Numbered from the stretch's first letter, positions 8,974-18,477 are shown. The stretch is DNA of 49,584 nucleotides from an uncultured Gaiellales bacterium (GCA_964651695.1 CAZYYP010000003.1:1-49584), one strand, 5' to 3'. Notes: a model not told the origin generated them from the letters alone. A program made the numbers and translations.

Positions 8974-9004
8974 GCTGACCTCGTTTCTTGTCGTCAGGGG
9001 ACCG

Positions 9005-10189
9005 TCAGTAGGAACGCGGCATGCCGAGCACGTTCTGGCCGAGGAACGCGAGGATGAGATTGGTCGAGACGGGGGCGATCTGCTGGATCCGCGCCTCCCG
9101 CCAGCGCCGCTCGACGTCGTACTCGACCGCGTAGCCGTAGCCGCCGTGGGTCTGCATGCACGCCTCGGCGGCGTGCCAGGCGGCGTCGGAGGCGAGCAGC
9201 TTGGCAATGTTGGCGTCCTCGCCGCAGGGCAGGCCGGCGTCGAACAGGCTCGCGGCCTTGCGCACCATCATGTCGGCGGCCTGCGCCTCGGCGTAGGCGC
9301 GCGCGATGGGGAACTGCACGGCCTGGTTCTGGCCGATCGGCCGGTCGAACACGATGCGCTCGCTGGCGTACTTCGAGGCGGTGCGGACGAACCAGCGCGC
9401 GTCGCCGATCGACTCGTGCGAGACGAGGATGCGCTCGGCGTTCATGCCGTCGAGGATCTGCCGGAACCCATTCCCCTCGACGCCCACGAGGCTGTCGGCC
9501 GGGATCGGCACCTCGTCCATGAAGATCTCGGTCGTCGCGTGGTTGATCATCGCCTTGAGCGGCCGGATGTCCATGCCGTTCTTGCGCGCCTCGTGGATGT
9601 CGACGAGGAAGACCGAGAGGCCCTGCGTCTTCTTCTCGACCTCCTCGAGCGGCGTCGTGCGCGCGAGCAGCAGCATCAGGTCGGAGTGCAGCGCGCGCGA
9701 GATCCAGACCTTCTGGCCGGTCAGCAGGTAGTGGTCGCCCTTGCGCACCGCGCGCGTCTGGAGCTTCGTCGTATCCGTGCCCGTCGTCGGCTCGGTCACG
9801 CCGAACGACTGCAGCCGCAGCTCGCCGCTCGCGATCTTGGGCAGGAACTCCGCCTTCTGCTCGTCGCTGCCGTGGCGCAGCAGCGTGCCCATGGTGTACA
9901 TCTGCGCGTGGCAGGCCCCGGCGTAGCAGCCCGCGGCCTGGCACTCCTCGAGGATGACGCCCGCGGCCCGGATCGTGAGTCCGGCACCGCCGTACTCCTC
10001 GGGGATCAGCGCCGCCAGGAAGCCGCTCTCGGTGAGCGCTGCGACGAACTCCTCGGCGTACCCCTCGCGCTCGTCGAGCTCGCGCCAGTACTCGCCGGGG
10101 AACCCCGCGCAGATCGCGCGCACGCCCTCCCGGATCTCGCGGTAGTCGTCCCCGAGCGCGATGCTCGGCTCAATCGGTGTCGTCGGCAT
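9005..10189 (-). CDS. Acyl-CoA dehydrogenase
   Basis: 394-aa ORF with ACAD features: FGVTEPTTGTD, a FAD/substrate region, and the C-terminal HGGYGYAVEYDVERRWREARIQQI with the catalytic Glu context. Confidence 0.95.
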   Translation of the reverse strand: MPTTPIEPSIALGDDYREIREGVRAICAGFPGEYWRELDEREGYAEEFVAALTESGFLAALIPEEYGGAGLTIRAAGVILEECQAAGCYAGACHAQMYTMGTLLRHGSDEQKAEFLPKIASGELRLQSFGVTEPTTGTDTTKLQTRAVRKGDHYLLTGQKVWISRALHSDLMLLLARTTPLEEVEKKTQGLSVFLVDIHEARKNGMDIRPLKAMINHATTEIFMDEVPIPADSLVGVEGNGFRQILDGMNAERILVSHESIGDARWFVRTASKYASERIVFDRPIGQNQAVQFPIARAYAEAQAADMMVRKAASLFDAGLPCGEDANIAKLLASDAAWHAAEACMQTHGGYGYAVEYDVERRWREARIQQIAPVSTNLILAFLGQNVLGMPRSY

Positions 10190-10198
10190 GGCTCTCTC

Positions 10199-11164
10199 TC
10201 ACGCAGGCGCTGCGGCACGCGCGGCGGCCGGCACGTAGTTGACGGGCAGTCCCGCACGCGCGAGGGCGCCGTGGAGCTCGCCCGCGGCGATGTTCCGCGC
10301 CGGAATCGCGCGCGCGGCGACGAGCCGCTCGAGATCGATGCCGGTGCGCAACCCCATCGAGTCGAGCAGGAAGACGAGGTCCTCGGTGACGATGTTGCCG
10401 CTCGCCCCCGGCGCGAACGGGCAGCCACCGAGCCCGGCCAGCGAGGCGTCGAAGCTGCGCACGCCGCACTCGAGTGCCGCGACGACGTTGGCGAGGCCGA
10501 GGCCGCGCGTGTCGTGGAAGTGGGCGCCGATCGGCAGCGAGCCGACCTCGGCGGCGAGCGCCGTGAAGAGCGCGCGCACCTGCACCGGATCGGCGTACCC
10601 GACCGTGTCGGCTACGAGCAGCTCGTCCGCGCCCGCTTCGGCGAGCTGCGCCGCGTAGCGCCGCACGTCGTCGACCGCCACGCGGCCCTCGTACGAGCAG
10701 CCGAGCGCCGTCGAGATGCCGCCCTTGACGCGCGGCCTGCGCTCCGCCGGAAGCTCCGCGCAGAGAGCGACGACGCGCGCGAAGTCGGCGAGCGACTCCT
10801 CCGGCTCGCGGCGCACGTTCTGACGGCTGTGCGTGCGGCTCGCCGACATGACGAAGTCGAGCGTGTGCGCGCCGAGCGCGATGCCGCGCTCCGCGCCCTT
10901 GAGGTTCGGCACGAGCACCGTGACCGTCAGGCCTGGAAGCGCCCGCGCGGCCGCGACGACCTCGGCCGCGTCGGCGAACTGCGGCATGAGCCCAGGCGGG
11001 ACGAGCGAGGTGACCTCGATCTCGCGGACGCCCGCGGCTGCCTCGGCCCCGATCCAGGCGATCTTCTCGCCCGTCGGGACGATGCCGGTGATCAGCTGCA
11101 GGCCGTCGCGCAGGCCGACCTCGCAGACCTTGACGTCGACACCCACGATCCGCTCAGCGCCCAC
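10199..11164 (-). CDS. Hydroxymethylglutaryl-CoA lyase family (HMGL-like) acyl-CoA lyase
   Basis: VKVCEVGLRDGLQ near the N-terminus, then ADTVGYADPVQV and HFHDTRGLGLANVVAALECGVRSFDASLAGLGGCPFAPGASGNIVTEDLVFLL. Confidence 0.9.
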   Translation of the reverse strand: MGAERIVGVDVKVCEVGLRDGLQLITGIVPTGEKIAWIGAEAAAGVREIEVTSLVPPGLMPQFADAAEVVAAARALPGLTVTVLVPNLKGAERGIALGAHTLDFVMSASRTHSRQNVRREPEESLADFARVVALCAELPAERRPRVKGGISTALGCSYEGRVAVDDVRRYAAQLAEAGADELLVADTVGYADPVQVRALFTALAAEVGSLPIGAHFHDTRGLGLANVVAALECGVRSFDASLAGLGGCPFAPGASGNIVTEDLVFLLDSMGLRTGIDLERLVAARAIPARNIAAGELHGALARAGLPVNYVPAAARAAAPA

Positions 11165-11969
11165 GGAACACCGGATCGCGCTTCTCGTTGAAGGCCCGGA
11201 CGCCCTCGAGCCGGTCCTCCGTCACCACGAGCCGGTTGTAGCCCTCGAGGTCGAGCTCGTAGGCGCCGGCGAGATCGGTCTGCAGGCCGCGGTGGATCGA
11301 CTGCTTGGCAACGCGCACCGCGAGCGGGGCGTTGCGCGCGATCGCCCGCGCGGTCTCGAGCGCGTCGGCGAGGGTCTCGCCAGGCTCGCACAGCCGGTTC
11401 ACGATGCCCCATTCGCAGGCGTCCTCGGCGCTGAACGGGCGCGCCGCGAGGATGAGCTCCTTGGCCCGCCGCTCGCCCGCGGCGCGCGCGAGCGTCTGCG
11501 TGCCGCCGCCGCCGGGCATGATGCCGAGCCGCACCTCGGTGAGCGCGAGCCGCGCGCCGCGCGCGGCGTAGATGAAGTCGCACGCCAGCGCCGTCTCGAG
11601 CCCGCCGCCGAAGGCGTGACCGTTGACCGCGGCGATCACCGGAACCGGGCACTCGAGGAGCGCCAGGAACCCGCGCTCGAAGATCTCGTGCTGGGCGCGC
11701 CAGGTGGCGTCGCTCATGCCGTTGCGCTCCTTGAGATCGCCCCCGGCGCAGAACGCGCGCTCGCCGGAGCCCGTCAGGACGACGCAGCGCGCGCGCTCGG
11801 GCTCGGCGGCCAGGCGCGCCCACACGTCGAGCAGGTCGAGGCCCATCTGGGTGTTGATCGCGTTCAGGACGTCGGCGCGGTCGAGCGTGACGACGAGCAC
11901 GCCGTCGCCGGCATCGGCGACCGCGAGCGTCTCGTAGGCGAAGCCCTCGGCCGCGTCGCTAGCCGGCAA
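11154..11969 (-). CDS. Enoyl-CoA hydratase/isomerase (crotonase) family protein
   Basis: Crotonase core VLVVTLDRADVLNAINTQM...VVLTGSGERAFCAGGDLKE...AAVNGHAFGGGLETALACDF. The proposed TTG start at 11969 follows GAGG by about 6 nt and overlaps the upstream stop by 11 nt. The exact start is uncertain. Confidence 0.8.
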   Translation of the reverse strand: MPASDAAEGFAYETLAVADAGDGVLVVTLDRADVLNAINTQMGLDLLDVWARLAAEPERARCVVLTGSGERAFCAGGDLKERNGMSDATWRAQHEIFERGFLALLECPVPVIAAVNGHAFGGGLETALACDFIYAARGARLALTEVRLGIMPGGGGTQTLARAAGERRAKELILAARPFSAEDACEWGIVNRLCEPGETLADALETARAIARNAPLAVRVAKQSIHRGLQTDLAGAYELDLEGYNRLVVTEDRLEGVRAFNEKRDPVFRGR

Positions 11970-13095
11970 GGAGGGCCTCGATCGTCGTCTCGCCGAGCGC
12001 GGGCGGGGCCGTCCGCGCGAACGGTCGCTCGTCGTCGAGCGAGAGCGCCGGGCCGATGACGGGCTGAGACAGGCCGGGCAGCGAGGCGAGCAGGCCGAGG
12101 GCGCCCACCTGCTCGTGGGCGAGCAGCTGCCCCACGTCCTGCACCGGCGCGCACGGCACGCCGTCCCCGTCCAGGATGCGGCCCCACTCGCCGTTCGGCC
12201 GCGTGGCCATGACGGGCTCGATGAGCGAGTCGAGGCACGCAGCATTCGCAACACGCTCGGGGTTCGTGGCGAACCGCGCATCGGTGATCCACTCGGGGTG
12301 CTCGAGAGCCAAGCAGAAGCGGCGGTAGAGCTCGTTGTTTCCGGCCGCCACGACGATGTGGCCGTCGGCCGTCGCGTAGGCGCGGTAGGGCACGATGCCC
12401 GCCTGGCCGGTGCCCTGCTTGCCCGGCAGCGCGCCCGAGGCGAGGAACTGCAGCGCGAAGGGGCCCATCCAGGCCGCGGCCGTCTCGAGCAGCGAGACGT
12501 CGACGACGCCGCCGACGCCCGAGGACGTGCGCCGGTAGAGCGCGAGGACGATGCCGATCGCCGCCCACAGGCCGGTGCCGATGTCGACGATGGACGGGCC
12601 GACGCGCACCGGCGGCCGCCCGGGCTCCCCCGTGACGCTCATGATGCCGCCGAACGCCTGCATCAGGGGGTCGTAGCCGGGGCGCTCGGCGAGCGGCCCC
12701 TGACGCCCGAACGCGCCGATGTTGCAGTAGACGAGCGAGGGCTTCTGCGCGCAGAGCGCGGCCGCGCCGAGGCCGAGCGCGTCCACCTGCCCGGGGCGCA
12801 TGTTCTGGAGCACCACGTCGGCGCGCTCGAGGACGAGGCGCGTGAGCAGCGCGTGCTGAGCAGCGTCGCGCAGATCGCAGACGACCGACCGCTTGCCGCG
12901 GTTGAGCGCCTGGAACGTGGCCGCGGCGCCGCCGATGAACGGCGGCCCCCAGGCCCTCGCGTCGTCGCCGCCCGGCTTCTCGACCTTGACCACGAGCGCA
13001 CCCAGATCGGCGAGCAGCTGGCCCACGAAGGGCGCCGCAACGCTCTGCCCGAGCTCCACGGCGACGATGCCCGCGAGAGGCGCGCCGTCCGTCAC
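11959..13095 (-). CDS. Family III CoA-transferase (CaiB/BaiF type)
   Basis: GTG start at 13095. PLAGIVAVELGQSVAAPFVGQLLADLGALVVKVEKPGGDDAR is the typical family III N-terminus. The ORF is 378 aa. Confidence 0.9.
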   Translation of the reverse strand: MTDGAPLAGIVAVELGQSVAAPFVGQLLADLGALVVKVEKPGGDDARAWGPPFIGGAAATFQALNRGKRSVVCDLRDAAQHALLTRLVLERADVVLQNMRPGQVDALGLGAAALCAQKPSLVYCNIGAFGRQGPLAERPGYDPLMQAFGGIMSVTGEPGRPPVRVGPSIVDIGTGLWAAIGIVLALYRRTSSGVGGVVDVSLLETAAAWMGPFALQFLASGALPGKQGTGQAGIVPYRAYATADGHIVVAAGNNELYRRFCLALEHPEWITDARFATNPERVANAACLDSLIEPVMATRPNGEWGRILDGDGVPCAPVQDVGQLLAHEQVGALGLLASLPGLSQPVIGPALSLDDERPFARTAPPALGETTIEALLAG

Positions 13096-13103
13096 TGGCT
13101 CGG

Positions 13104-13132
13104 GTACGATTCAGTCATCCGGATGTCCGTAC
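13104..13132. promoter_or_regulatory. Candidate operator(s) in the divergent CoA-transferase / gntR promoter region
   Basis: Perfect 10-bp palindrome CATCCGGATG at 13116-13125, flanked by GTACG (13104-13108) and CGTAC (13128-13132). The two symmetries are not concentric. The region lies in the 77-bp gap between the divergent starts at 13095 and 13173. Confidence 0.3.
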
Positions 13133-13172
13133 ATTACCAGTGGCGCCATCCGCGTCAAGCGCGAGCCCGGGC

Positions 13173-13910
13173 ATGAGCGCCGCTCCGCGCTACATGCAGG
13201 TCGCCGACGCCCTGATCGGCGACATCGCGAGCGATCGGTATCCGGTGGGCACGCTGCTGCCATCCGAGCACGAACTCTCCGACCGCTACGGCGTCTCGCG
13301 GCACACCCTGCGCGAGGCGATGCGGCGCGTCGCCGAGCGGGGCCTGATCTCGCGCAAGCAGGGCATCGGCACCGAGGTCACCTCGCGCACCGCCGACACC
13401 CGCTACGTCGCATCGATCAATGCGCTCGAGGATCTCTTCGAGTACACGCGGCAGACCCGCCTCGACGTGATCGCCGAGCGCACGATCTCGGCCGACGGCG
13501 AGCTCGCGTCGTTCCTCGGCTGCAAGCGCGGCCAGCGCTGGCTGAGCTTCGAGTCCCGCCGCTACCCGATCGACGGCACGCGACCGATCGCGCACATGAC
13601 GGCCTACATCGCGCCGGCCTTCGAGGGCATCCGCGACCACCTGCACGAGGAGGGCGTCTCGGTCTACCGCCTGCTCGAGCAGCACTACGACGCCCACATC
13701 GCCGACGTGCGGCAGCGCGCCGAGGCGATCGCGCTCTCCCCGGGGATCGCCGACCTGCTCGAGACCGACGCCGGCGCCCCGGCCCTGCGCGTCTCGCGCC
13801 TCTACACCGACGCCGACGGGCGCCTCCTGACCGCCTCGGTGAACATCCACCCGGGCGACCGCTTCACGCTCGTCACCGGCTGGCGCCTGGACTGGCACCC
13901 CGCGGGCTGA
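13173..13910 (+). CDS. GntR family transcriptional regulator, HutC/UTRA subfamily
   Basis: ATG at 13173 gives MSAAPRYMQVADALIGDIASDRYPVGTLLPSEHELSDRYGVSRHTLREAMRRVAERGLISRKQGIGTEV (winged HTH). A UTRA-like C-terminal effector domain follows. GTG at 13140 is a possible alternative start. Confidence 0.9.
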   Translation: MSAAPRYMQVADALIGDIASDRYPVGTLLPSEHELSDRYGVSRHTLREAMRRVAERGLISRKQGIGTEVTSRTADTRYVASINALEDLFEYTRQTRLDVIAERTISADGELASFLGCKRGQRWLSFESRRYPIDGTRPIAHMTAYIAPAFEGIRDHLHEEGVSVYRLLEQHYDAHIADVRQRAEAIALSPGIADLLETDAGAPALRVSRLYTDADGRLLTASVNIHPGDRFTLVTGWRLDWHPAG

Positions 13911-13952
13911 GGCGAGCCGCGCCACGCGGGCGAGCCCCCGCCTGTCGCGCGG

Positions 13953-15494
13953 CTACGCCCGGATCAGGTCTGCGGCCTTCTCGCCGATCATGATCGTCGC
14001 GGCGTTCGTGTTGCCGCGCGTGACCGTCGGCATGACCGACGCATCCGCGACGCGCAGCCCCTCGAAGCCGTAGACGCGCAGGGCGGGATCGACGACCGAA
14101 CCGATCGCGCAGGTCGACGTCGGGTGGTAGACCGACTGGGACGCGCGGCGGACGAAGTCCATGATCGCCTCGTCCGAATCGCCGGCCGGCACGCTGAAGG
14201 GCTTGCGCATCACCTTCCGGAGCGGCGGCTGCTCGGCGACTTCCATCGCCTTGCGCATGCCCGCGAGCATGCACGCGCGGTCCTCGTCGGTCGTCAGGAA
14301 GTTGCACAGCACCGTGGGCTTGGAGTCGGCCATCGGCGTGCGCAGCATCACGCGCCCGCGGCTCGACGGCTTGATCACGACCGGGCCGAAGCAGTAGCCG
14401 TTGTCGTGCGGCGCCGTCAGCCCCTCGTCGTAGAACATCGACGCCGAGTAGTGGAACTGCATGTCGGGCGCCGCGAGATCCGGGCGCGTGCGGAAGAACG
14501 CCGCTGCCTCGGGATAGCCCGACGTCAGCGGGCCCCGGCCCTCGCTCTCGAGCAGCGCGAAGTTCTCCGGCGTGAAGATGCCGTGCATCGACTGCACGTC
14601 CGTCTCGTAGTTGAGCTGGCACATGCAGTGGTCCTGGAGGTTGCGCCCGACCGGCAGGTCCTCTCGCACCTCGATCCCGAACGGTGCGATGTCGGCCGCC
14701 GGCCCGATGCCCGAGAGCATCAGCAGCGCCGGCGACTGGTAGGCGCCGGCCGAGACGATGACCTCGCGCCCGGCGCGGATCTCCTCGGAGCCGCTGCCGC
14801 GGGCGATCTCGACACCGATCGCGCGCGTGCCCTCGAAGAGGATGCGGAGCGCCATCGCATCACAGATCACGTCGAGGTTCGGGCGCGCCGCGGCCGGGTG
14901 CAGGAACGCGGCCGCAGTCGAATGGCGCAGGCCGTTGCGCTGCGTGCTCTGGAAGCGCCCGACGCCCTCCTGCCGCGCGCCGTTGAAGTCGGGGTTGTAG
15001 TCGAGGCCGGCGAGCTCGCTCGCCTCGAGCATCGTCTCGATGAGCGGCGCCATCGAGCGGCTGTCGGACACGCTCATCGGGCCGCCCGCGCCGTGGAACG
15101 CGTCCTCGCCGCGCTCGTTGTCCTCGGAGCGCTTGAAGTACGGCAGCACCTCGTCGTAGCTCCAGCCCTCGGCCCCGCCCGCCGCCCACTCGTCGTAGTC
15201 GGCGCGGTTGCCGCGCAGGTAGATCATCGCGTTGATCGAGCCCGAACCGCCGAGCACCTTCCCGCGTGGCAGGTAGAGCCGCCGACCGCCGAGACCCGGC
15301 TCCGGCTCGCCGTACATGTCCCAGTCGACACTCGACTTCAGGAGGATCGGAAAGGCCGCCGGAATCGCGATCTCCGGGCGGCTGTCCTGGCCGCCGGCCT
15401 CGAGCAGCGCGACCTTGACGCCGGGGTCCTCGCTCAGGCGCGCGGCGAGCACGCACCCCGCAGATCCTGCACCTACGACCACGTAGTCGTACAC
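13953..15494 (-). CDS. GMC family FAD oxidoreductase (choline-dehydrogenase-like)
   Basis: MYDYVVVGAGSAGCVLAARLSEDPGVKVALLEAGG (FAD GxGxxG). C-terminal part: YHPTSTCAIG...RVADASVMPTVTRGNTNAATIMIGEKAADLI. Confidence 0.95.
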   Translation of the reverse strand: MYDYVVVGAGSAGCVLAARLSEDPGVKVALLEAGGQDSRPEIAIPAAFPILLKSSVDWDMYGEPEPGLGGRRLYLPRGKVLGGSGSINAMIYLRGNRADYDEWAAGGAEGWSYDEVLPYFKRSEDNERGEDAFHGAGGPMSVSDSRSMAPLIETMLEASELAGLDYNPDFNGARQEGVGRFQSTQRNGLRHSTAAAFLHPAAARPNLDVICDAMALRILFEGTRAIGVEIARGSGSEEIRAGREVIVSAGAYQSPALLMLSGIGPAADIAPFGIEVREDLPVGRNLQDHCMCQLNYETDVQSMHGIFTPENFALLESEGRGPLTSGYPEAAAFFRTRPDLAAPDMQFHYSASMFYDEGLTAPHDNGYCFGPVVIKPSSRGRVMLRTPMADSKPTVLCNFLTTDEDRACMLAGMRKAMEVAEQPPLRKVMRKPFSVPAGDSDEAIMDFVRRASQSVYHPTSTCAIGSVVDPALRVYGFEGLRVADASVMPTVTRGNTNAATIMIGEKAADLIRA

Positions 15495-15527
15495 CGCGCC
15501 TCCTCTTGCGTGTCAGGCCGCCTGATA

Positions 15528-16520
15528 CTACGCTCCGGCGGCGGGCGGGATCAACATTCCCCGCACGGCCGCCACGATCTCGTCCGCGCCGGGCAGATAG
15601 GCGTCCTCGAGCGGCGGGCTGAGCGGGATCGGGGCAAACGGCGCCCCGACGCGCGCGATCGGGGCGTCGAGCGAGTCGAACGCCGCGCTCCCGACCTGCG
15701 CGGCGATCTCGGCGCCGAAGCCGCCGTGCTCGACGGCCTCGTGCGCGACGACCAGCCGCCCGGTGCGGCCGACCGAATCCACGATCGCCGCGAGGTCGAG
15801 TGGGACGAGCGTGCGCGGGTCGATCACCTCGGCCTCGATGCCATCCTCGGAGGCGAGGCGATCAGCCGCCGCAACCGCCTCGTGCGCCATGCGCGAGAGC
15901 GCGACGATGGTGACGTCGTGGCCCTCGCGCAACGTGACCGCGCGCCCGATCGGCACCGGCACGACCGGCTCGGGCACCTCGCCCGTGCGGAAGTAGAGCG
16001 TCTTGTTCTCGATGAAGACGACGGGGTTGGGATCGGCGATCGCGCTCGCGAGCAGGCCCGCCGCATCGCACGGGCGGCTCGGCATCACGACCTTCAGCCC
16101 CGGCACGTGCGTCAGCCAGCTCTCGAGACTCTGCGAGTGCTGCGCACCGCCGCGGTACCCCGCGCCGCCCTGGGTGCGCAGCACCATCGGCACCGTCAGC
16201 TGCCCGCCCGACATGAAGTGCGCCTTGGCGGCGGCGTTGACGAGCTGGTCGAGCGCGAGCGTGATGAAGTCGATGAACATGATCTCGAGCACGGGACGCA
16301 TGCCCGACTGCGCGGCGCCGATCGCGACGCCGGTGATGGCCGCCTCGCTGATCGGGGTGTCGATCACCCGCTCACGGCCGAACTCCTCGGAGAGGCCCGC
16401 GGTGGCGGTGTAGGGCCCGCCCTCCGCGACGTCCTCCCCGAGCACGAAGACGCGCTCGTCCGCGCGCATCGCGGTCGCGAGCGCCGCGGTGATCGCCTTG
16501 ACGTAGGTCGTCTCAGCCAT
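15528..16520 (-). CDS. 2-oxoacid/acetoin dehydrogenase E1 component, beta subunit (second copy)
   Basis: MAETTYVKAITAALATAMRADERVFVLGEDV...VIDTPISEAAITGVAIGAA is a transketolase-like Pyr domain, followed by a C-terminal domain. The start overlaps the upstream alpha stop by 8 nt. Confidence 0.9.
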   Translation of the reverse strand: MAETTYVKAITAALATAMRADERVFVLGEDVAEGGPYTATAGLSEEFGRERVIDTPISEAAITGVAIGAAQSGMRPVLEIMFIDFITLALDQLVNAAAKAHFMSGGQLTVPMVLRTQGGAGYRGGAQHSQSLESWLTHVPGLKVVMPSRPCDAAGLLASAIADPNPVVFIENKTLYFRTGEVPEPVVPVPIGRAVTLREGHDVTIVALSRMAHEAVAAADRLASEDGIEAEVIDPRTLVPLDLAAIVDSVGRTGRLVVAHEAVEHGGFGAEIAAQVGSAAFDSLDAPIARVGAPFAPIPLSPPLEDAYLPGADEIVAAVRGMLIPPAAGA

Positions 16521-17487
16521 CGGCGTAGACCAGCTCGCCGATCAGGCCGGCCGGCGGGAACGGGCTCGCACGCGCCACGGCCTCGGCAGCCTCGAGCGCG
16601 GCGGTGGCGTCCGACTCGATCGCCGCCAGGGCGTCCGCGCCGAACCAGCCCTGCGCGATCCCGTGGCGCTGGAGCCGCCAGATCGGGTCCCTGGCGTGCC
16701 ACTCCGCGTCCGCGAGCGTCTCGCGGTACGCGCCGGGATCGCCCTCGTAGTGACCGCGCAGCCGGTGGGTCAGGCACTCGAGCAGAAACGGCCCGCCGCC
16801 GGCCCGCGCGGCGTCGAGAAAGCGCCCGAATGCGTCCCAGACCGCGGCAACGTCGCTGCCGTCCACGGTCTCGCGCTCGAGTCCGTAGGGCGCCACCACA
16901 TCGCTCACGCGCTCCACGATCGTGTGCGCCGAGCGAGGCGTGAACTCGGCGAAGCCGTTGTTCTCGCACACGAGGATCAGCGGCAGCCCCCACAGCGCCG
17001 CCAGGTTCACGGTCTCGTTGAAGTGGCCGGCCTGCACGGCGCCGTCGCCGAAGAAGACGACGGCAACCGAGTCCTCGCCCCGCAAGCGCATCGCCAGCGC
17101 GCTCCCGAGCGCGATCGGGATGGTGCCGCCCACCACGCCGGTCGCGCCGAGGAAGCCGTGCGCGGCGTCGACCAGGTGCATCGACCCGCCGAGGCCGCGG
17201 CAGAGCCCGCCGTCGCGGCCCATCAGCTCCGCGAGCACGCGCGCGAGCGGCGCGCCCTTCGCGATGGCGTGCCCGTGCGCGCGATGCCCGGAGTAGACGA
17301 CGTCGTCGGCGCGCAGTTGCGCGCACACGCCGGCCGCGACCCCTTCCCCGCCGATGCTGAGGTGGATCAGCCCGTGCACCTCGTCGGCCTGCTTGAGCCG
17401 GCCCACCCGCTCCTCGAAGAGGCGGATGCGCCACATGGTCGCGAGCAGGCGCAGCGCGTCCTCGCCGCCGAGCGGCGCAGGCGCCAC
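16513..17487 (-). CDS. 2-oxoacid/acetoin dehydrogenase E1 component, alpha subunit (second copy)
   Basis: TPP-binding motif FFGDGAVQAGHFNETVNLAALWGLPLILVCENNGF, and N-terminal MWRIRLFEERV. The GTG start at 17487 directly abuts the upstream beta stop at 17488-17490. Confidence 0.85.
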   Translation of the reverse strand: MAPAPLGGEDALRLLATMWRIRLFEERVGRLKQADEVHGLIHLSIGGEGVAAGVCAQLRADDVVYSGHRAHGHAIAKGAPLARVLAELMGRDGGLCRGLGGSMHLVDAAHGFLGATGVVGGTIPIALGSALAMRLRGEDSVAVVFFGDGAVQAGHFNETVNLAALWGLPLILVCENNGFAEFTPRSAHTIVERVSDVVAPYGLERETVDGSDVAAVWDAFGRFLDAARAGGGPFLLECLTHRLRGHYEGDPGAYRETLADAEWHARDPIWRLQRHGIAQGWFGADALAAIESDATAALEAAEAVARASPFPPAGLIGELVYADG

Positions 17488-18468
17488 CTAGGAGCTCACG
17501 AGTGCCGTTCCGAGCACCCGGTGGACCGCCGCGACGACCTTCTCCTCGCTGGGCATCACGAATGCCTCGAGGGGCTGGCTGTAGGGGACGGTCGCGTCCA
17601 GCGCGGTGACCATGACGATCGGCGCCTTGAGCGACGAGAAGCCGTGTTCGGCGACTTCGGCCGCGATCACGCCGGCCGCGGACGCATGGCGCGTGGCCTG
17701 GTCGACGAGCACGAGGTGACCGGTCTTCTCGACCGACTCCAGGATCGTCTTGGTGTCGAGCGGCGCGAGCGTGCGCGGGTCGATCACCTCGGCCTGGATG
17801 CCGTCGGAGGCGAGTTGCCCGGCCGCGGCGAGCGCGCGGTCGACGCACCAGCCCGTGGCGACGATGGTCACGTCCCCGCCCGTGCGCCGGATCGCGGCCT
17901 GGCCGAACGGCACGAGGTACTCGCCGTCCGGCACCTCGCCGTGCTCGAGCGTGAGCAGGTAGTTGTGCAGGTAGACGACGGGGTTGTCGTCCCGGATCGC
18001 CGTCGCCATCAGGCCCTTGGCGTCGGCTGCCGTCGACGGCACGACGACCTTGAGGCCCGGGACGCCCATGAAGAGCGCGCTGATCGTGCCCGTGTGCTGA
18101 CCCGCCCAGCCGGCCGTGAAGCCGTAGCCGGCCTTGAGCACGATCGGGACCTTGACCTGGCCGCCGCTCATCGCGCGGAAGCGCGGGGCCTCGTTGAGTA
18201 CCTGATCCATGGCGACGAGCATGAACTCGGCCATGTAGAGCTCGACGACGGGCCGGAAGCCCGAGAGCGCGGCGCCGATCGCGATGCCGATCTCGGCGGT
18301 CTCGGAGATCGGCGTGACGCGCACGCGATCCCTGCCGAAGGCGTCGACGAACGGCTCGTTCTCCGTCGTGGCCATGTTCTGGCCGAAGTAGAGGACGCTC
18401 TCGTCGCGCTCCATCTCGAGGTGGATCGCCTCGCCGATCGCGGCGATGTACGGCAGTTCATGTGCCAT
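17488..18468 (-). CDS. 2-oxoacid/acetoin dehydrogenase E1 component, beta subunit (first copy)
   Basis: MAHELPYIAAIGEAIHLEMERDESVLYFGQNM...RVTPISETAEIGIAIGAALSG, over 326 aa. The architecture matches an E1 beta / transketolase C-terminal domain. Confidence 0.9.
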   Translation of the reverse strand: MAHELPYIAAIGEAIHLEMERDESVLYFGQNMATTENEPFVDAFGRDRVRVTPISETAEIGIAIGAALSGFRPVVELYMAEFMLVAMDQVLNEAPRFRAMSGGQVKVPIVLKAGYGFTAGWAGQHTGTISALFMGVPGLKVVVPSTAADAKGLMATAIRDDNPVVYLHNYLLTLEHGEVPDGEYLVPFGQAAIRRTGGDVTIVATGWCVDRALAAAGQLASDGIQAEVIDPRTLAPLDTKTILESVEKTGHLVLVDQATRHASAAGVIAAEVAEHGFSSLKAPIVMVTALDATVPYSQPLEAFVMPSEEKVVAAVHRVLGTALVSS

Positions 18469-18477
18469 GAATCGCTC

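Noticed and set aside
8936-11191. ORF 8936..11191 (+, 751 aa), antisense to the ACAD and HMGL-like genes
   Set aside because: The product is Arg/Asp/Ala/Leu-rich with no recognisable domain. The opposite strand encodes two well-supported enzymes. It is a shadow ORF.
13915-13954. AGCCGCGC ... GCGCGGCT inverted repeat between the convergent gntR and GMC genes, considered as a terminator
   Set aside because: 8-bp arms are separated by a 24-nt loop, and the distal arm overlaps the GMC stop codon. The stability is marginal and there is no U-tract.
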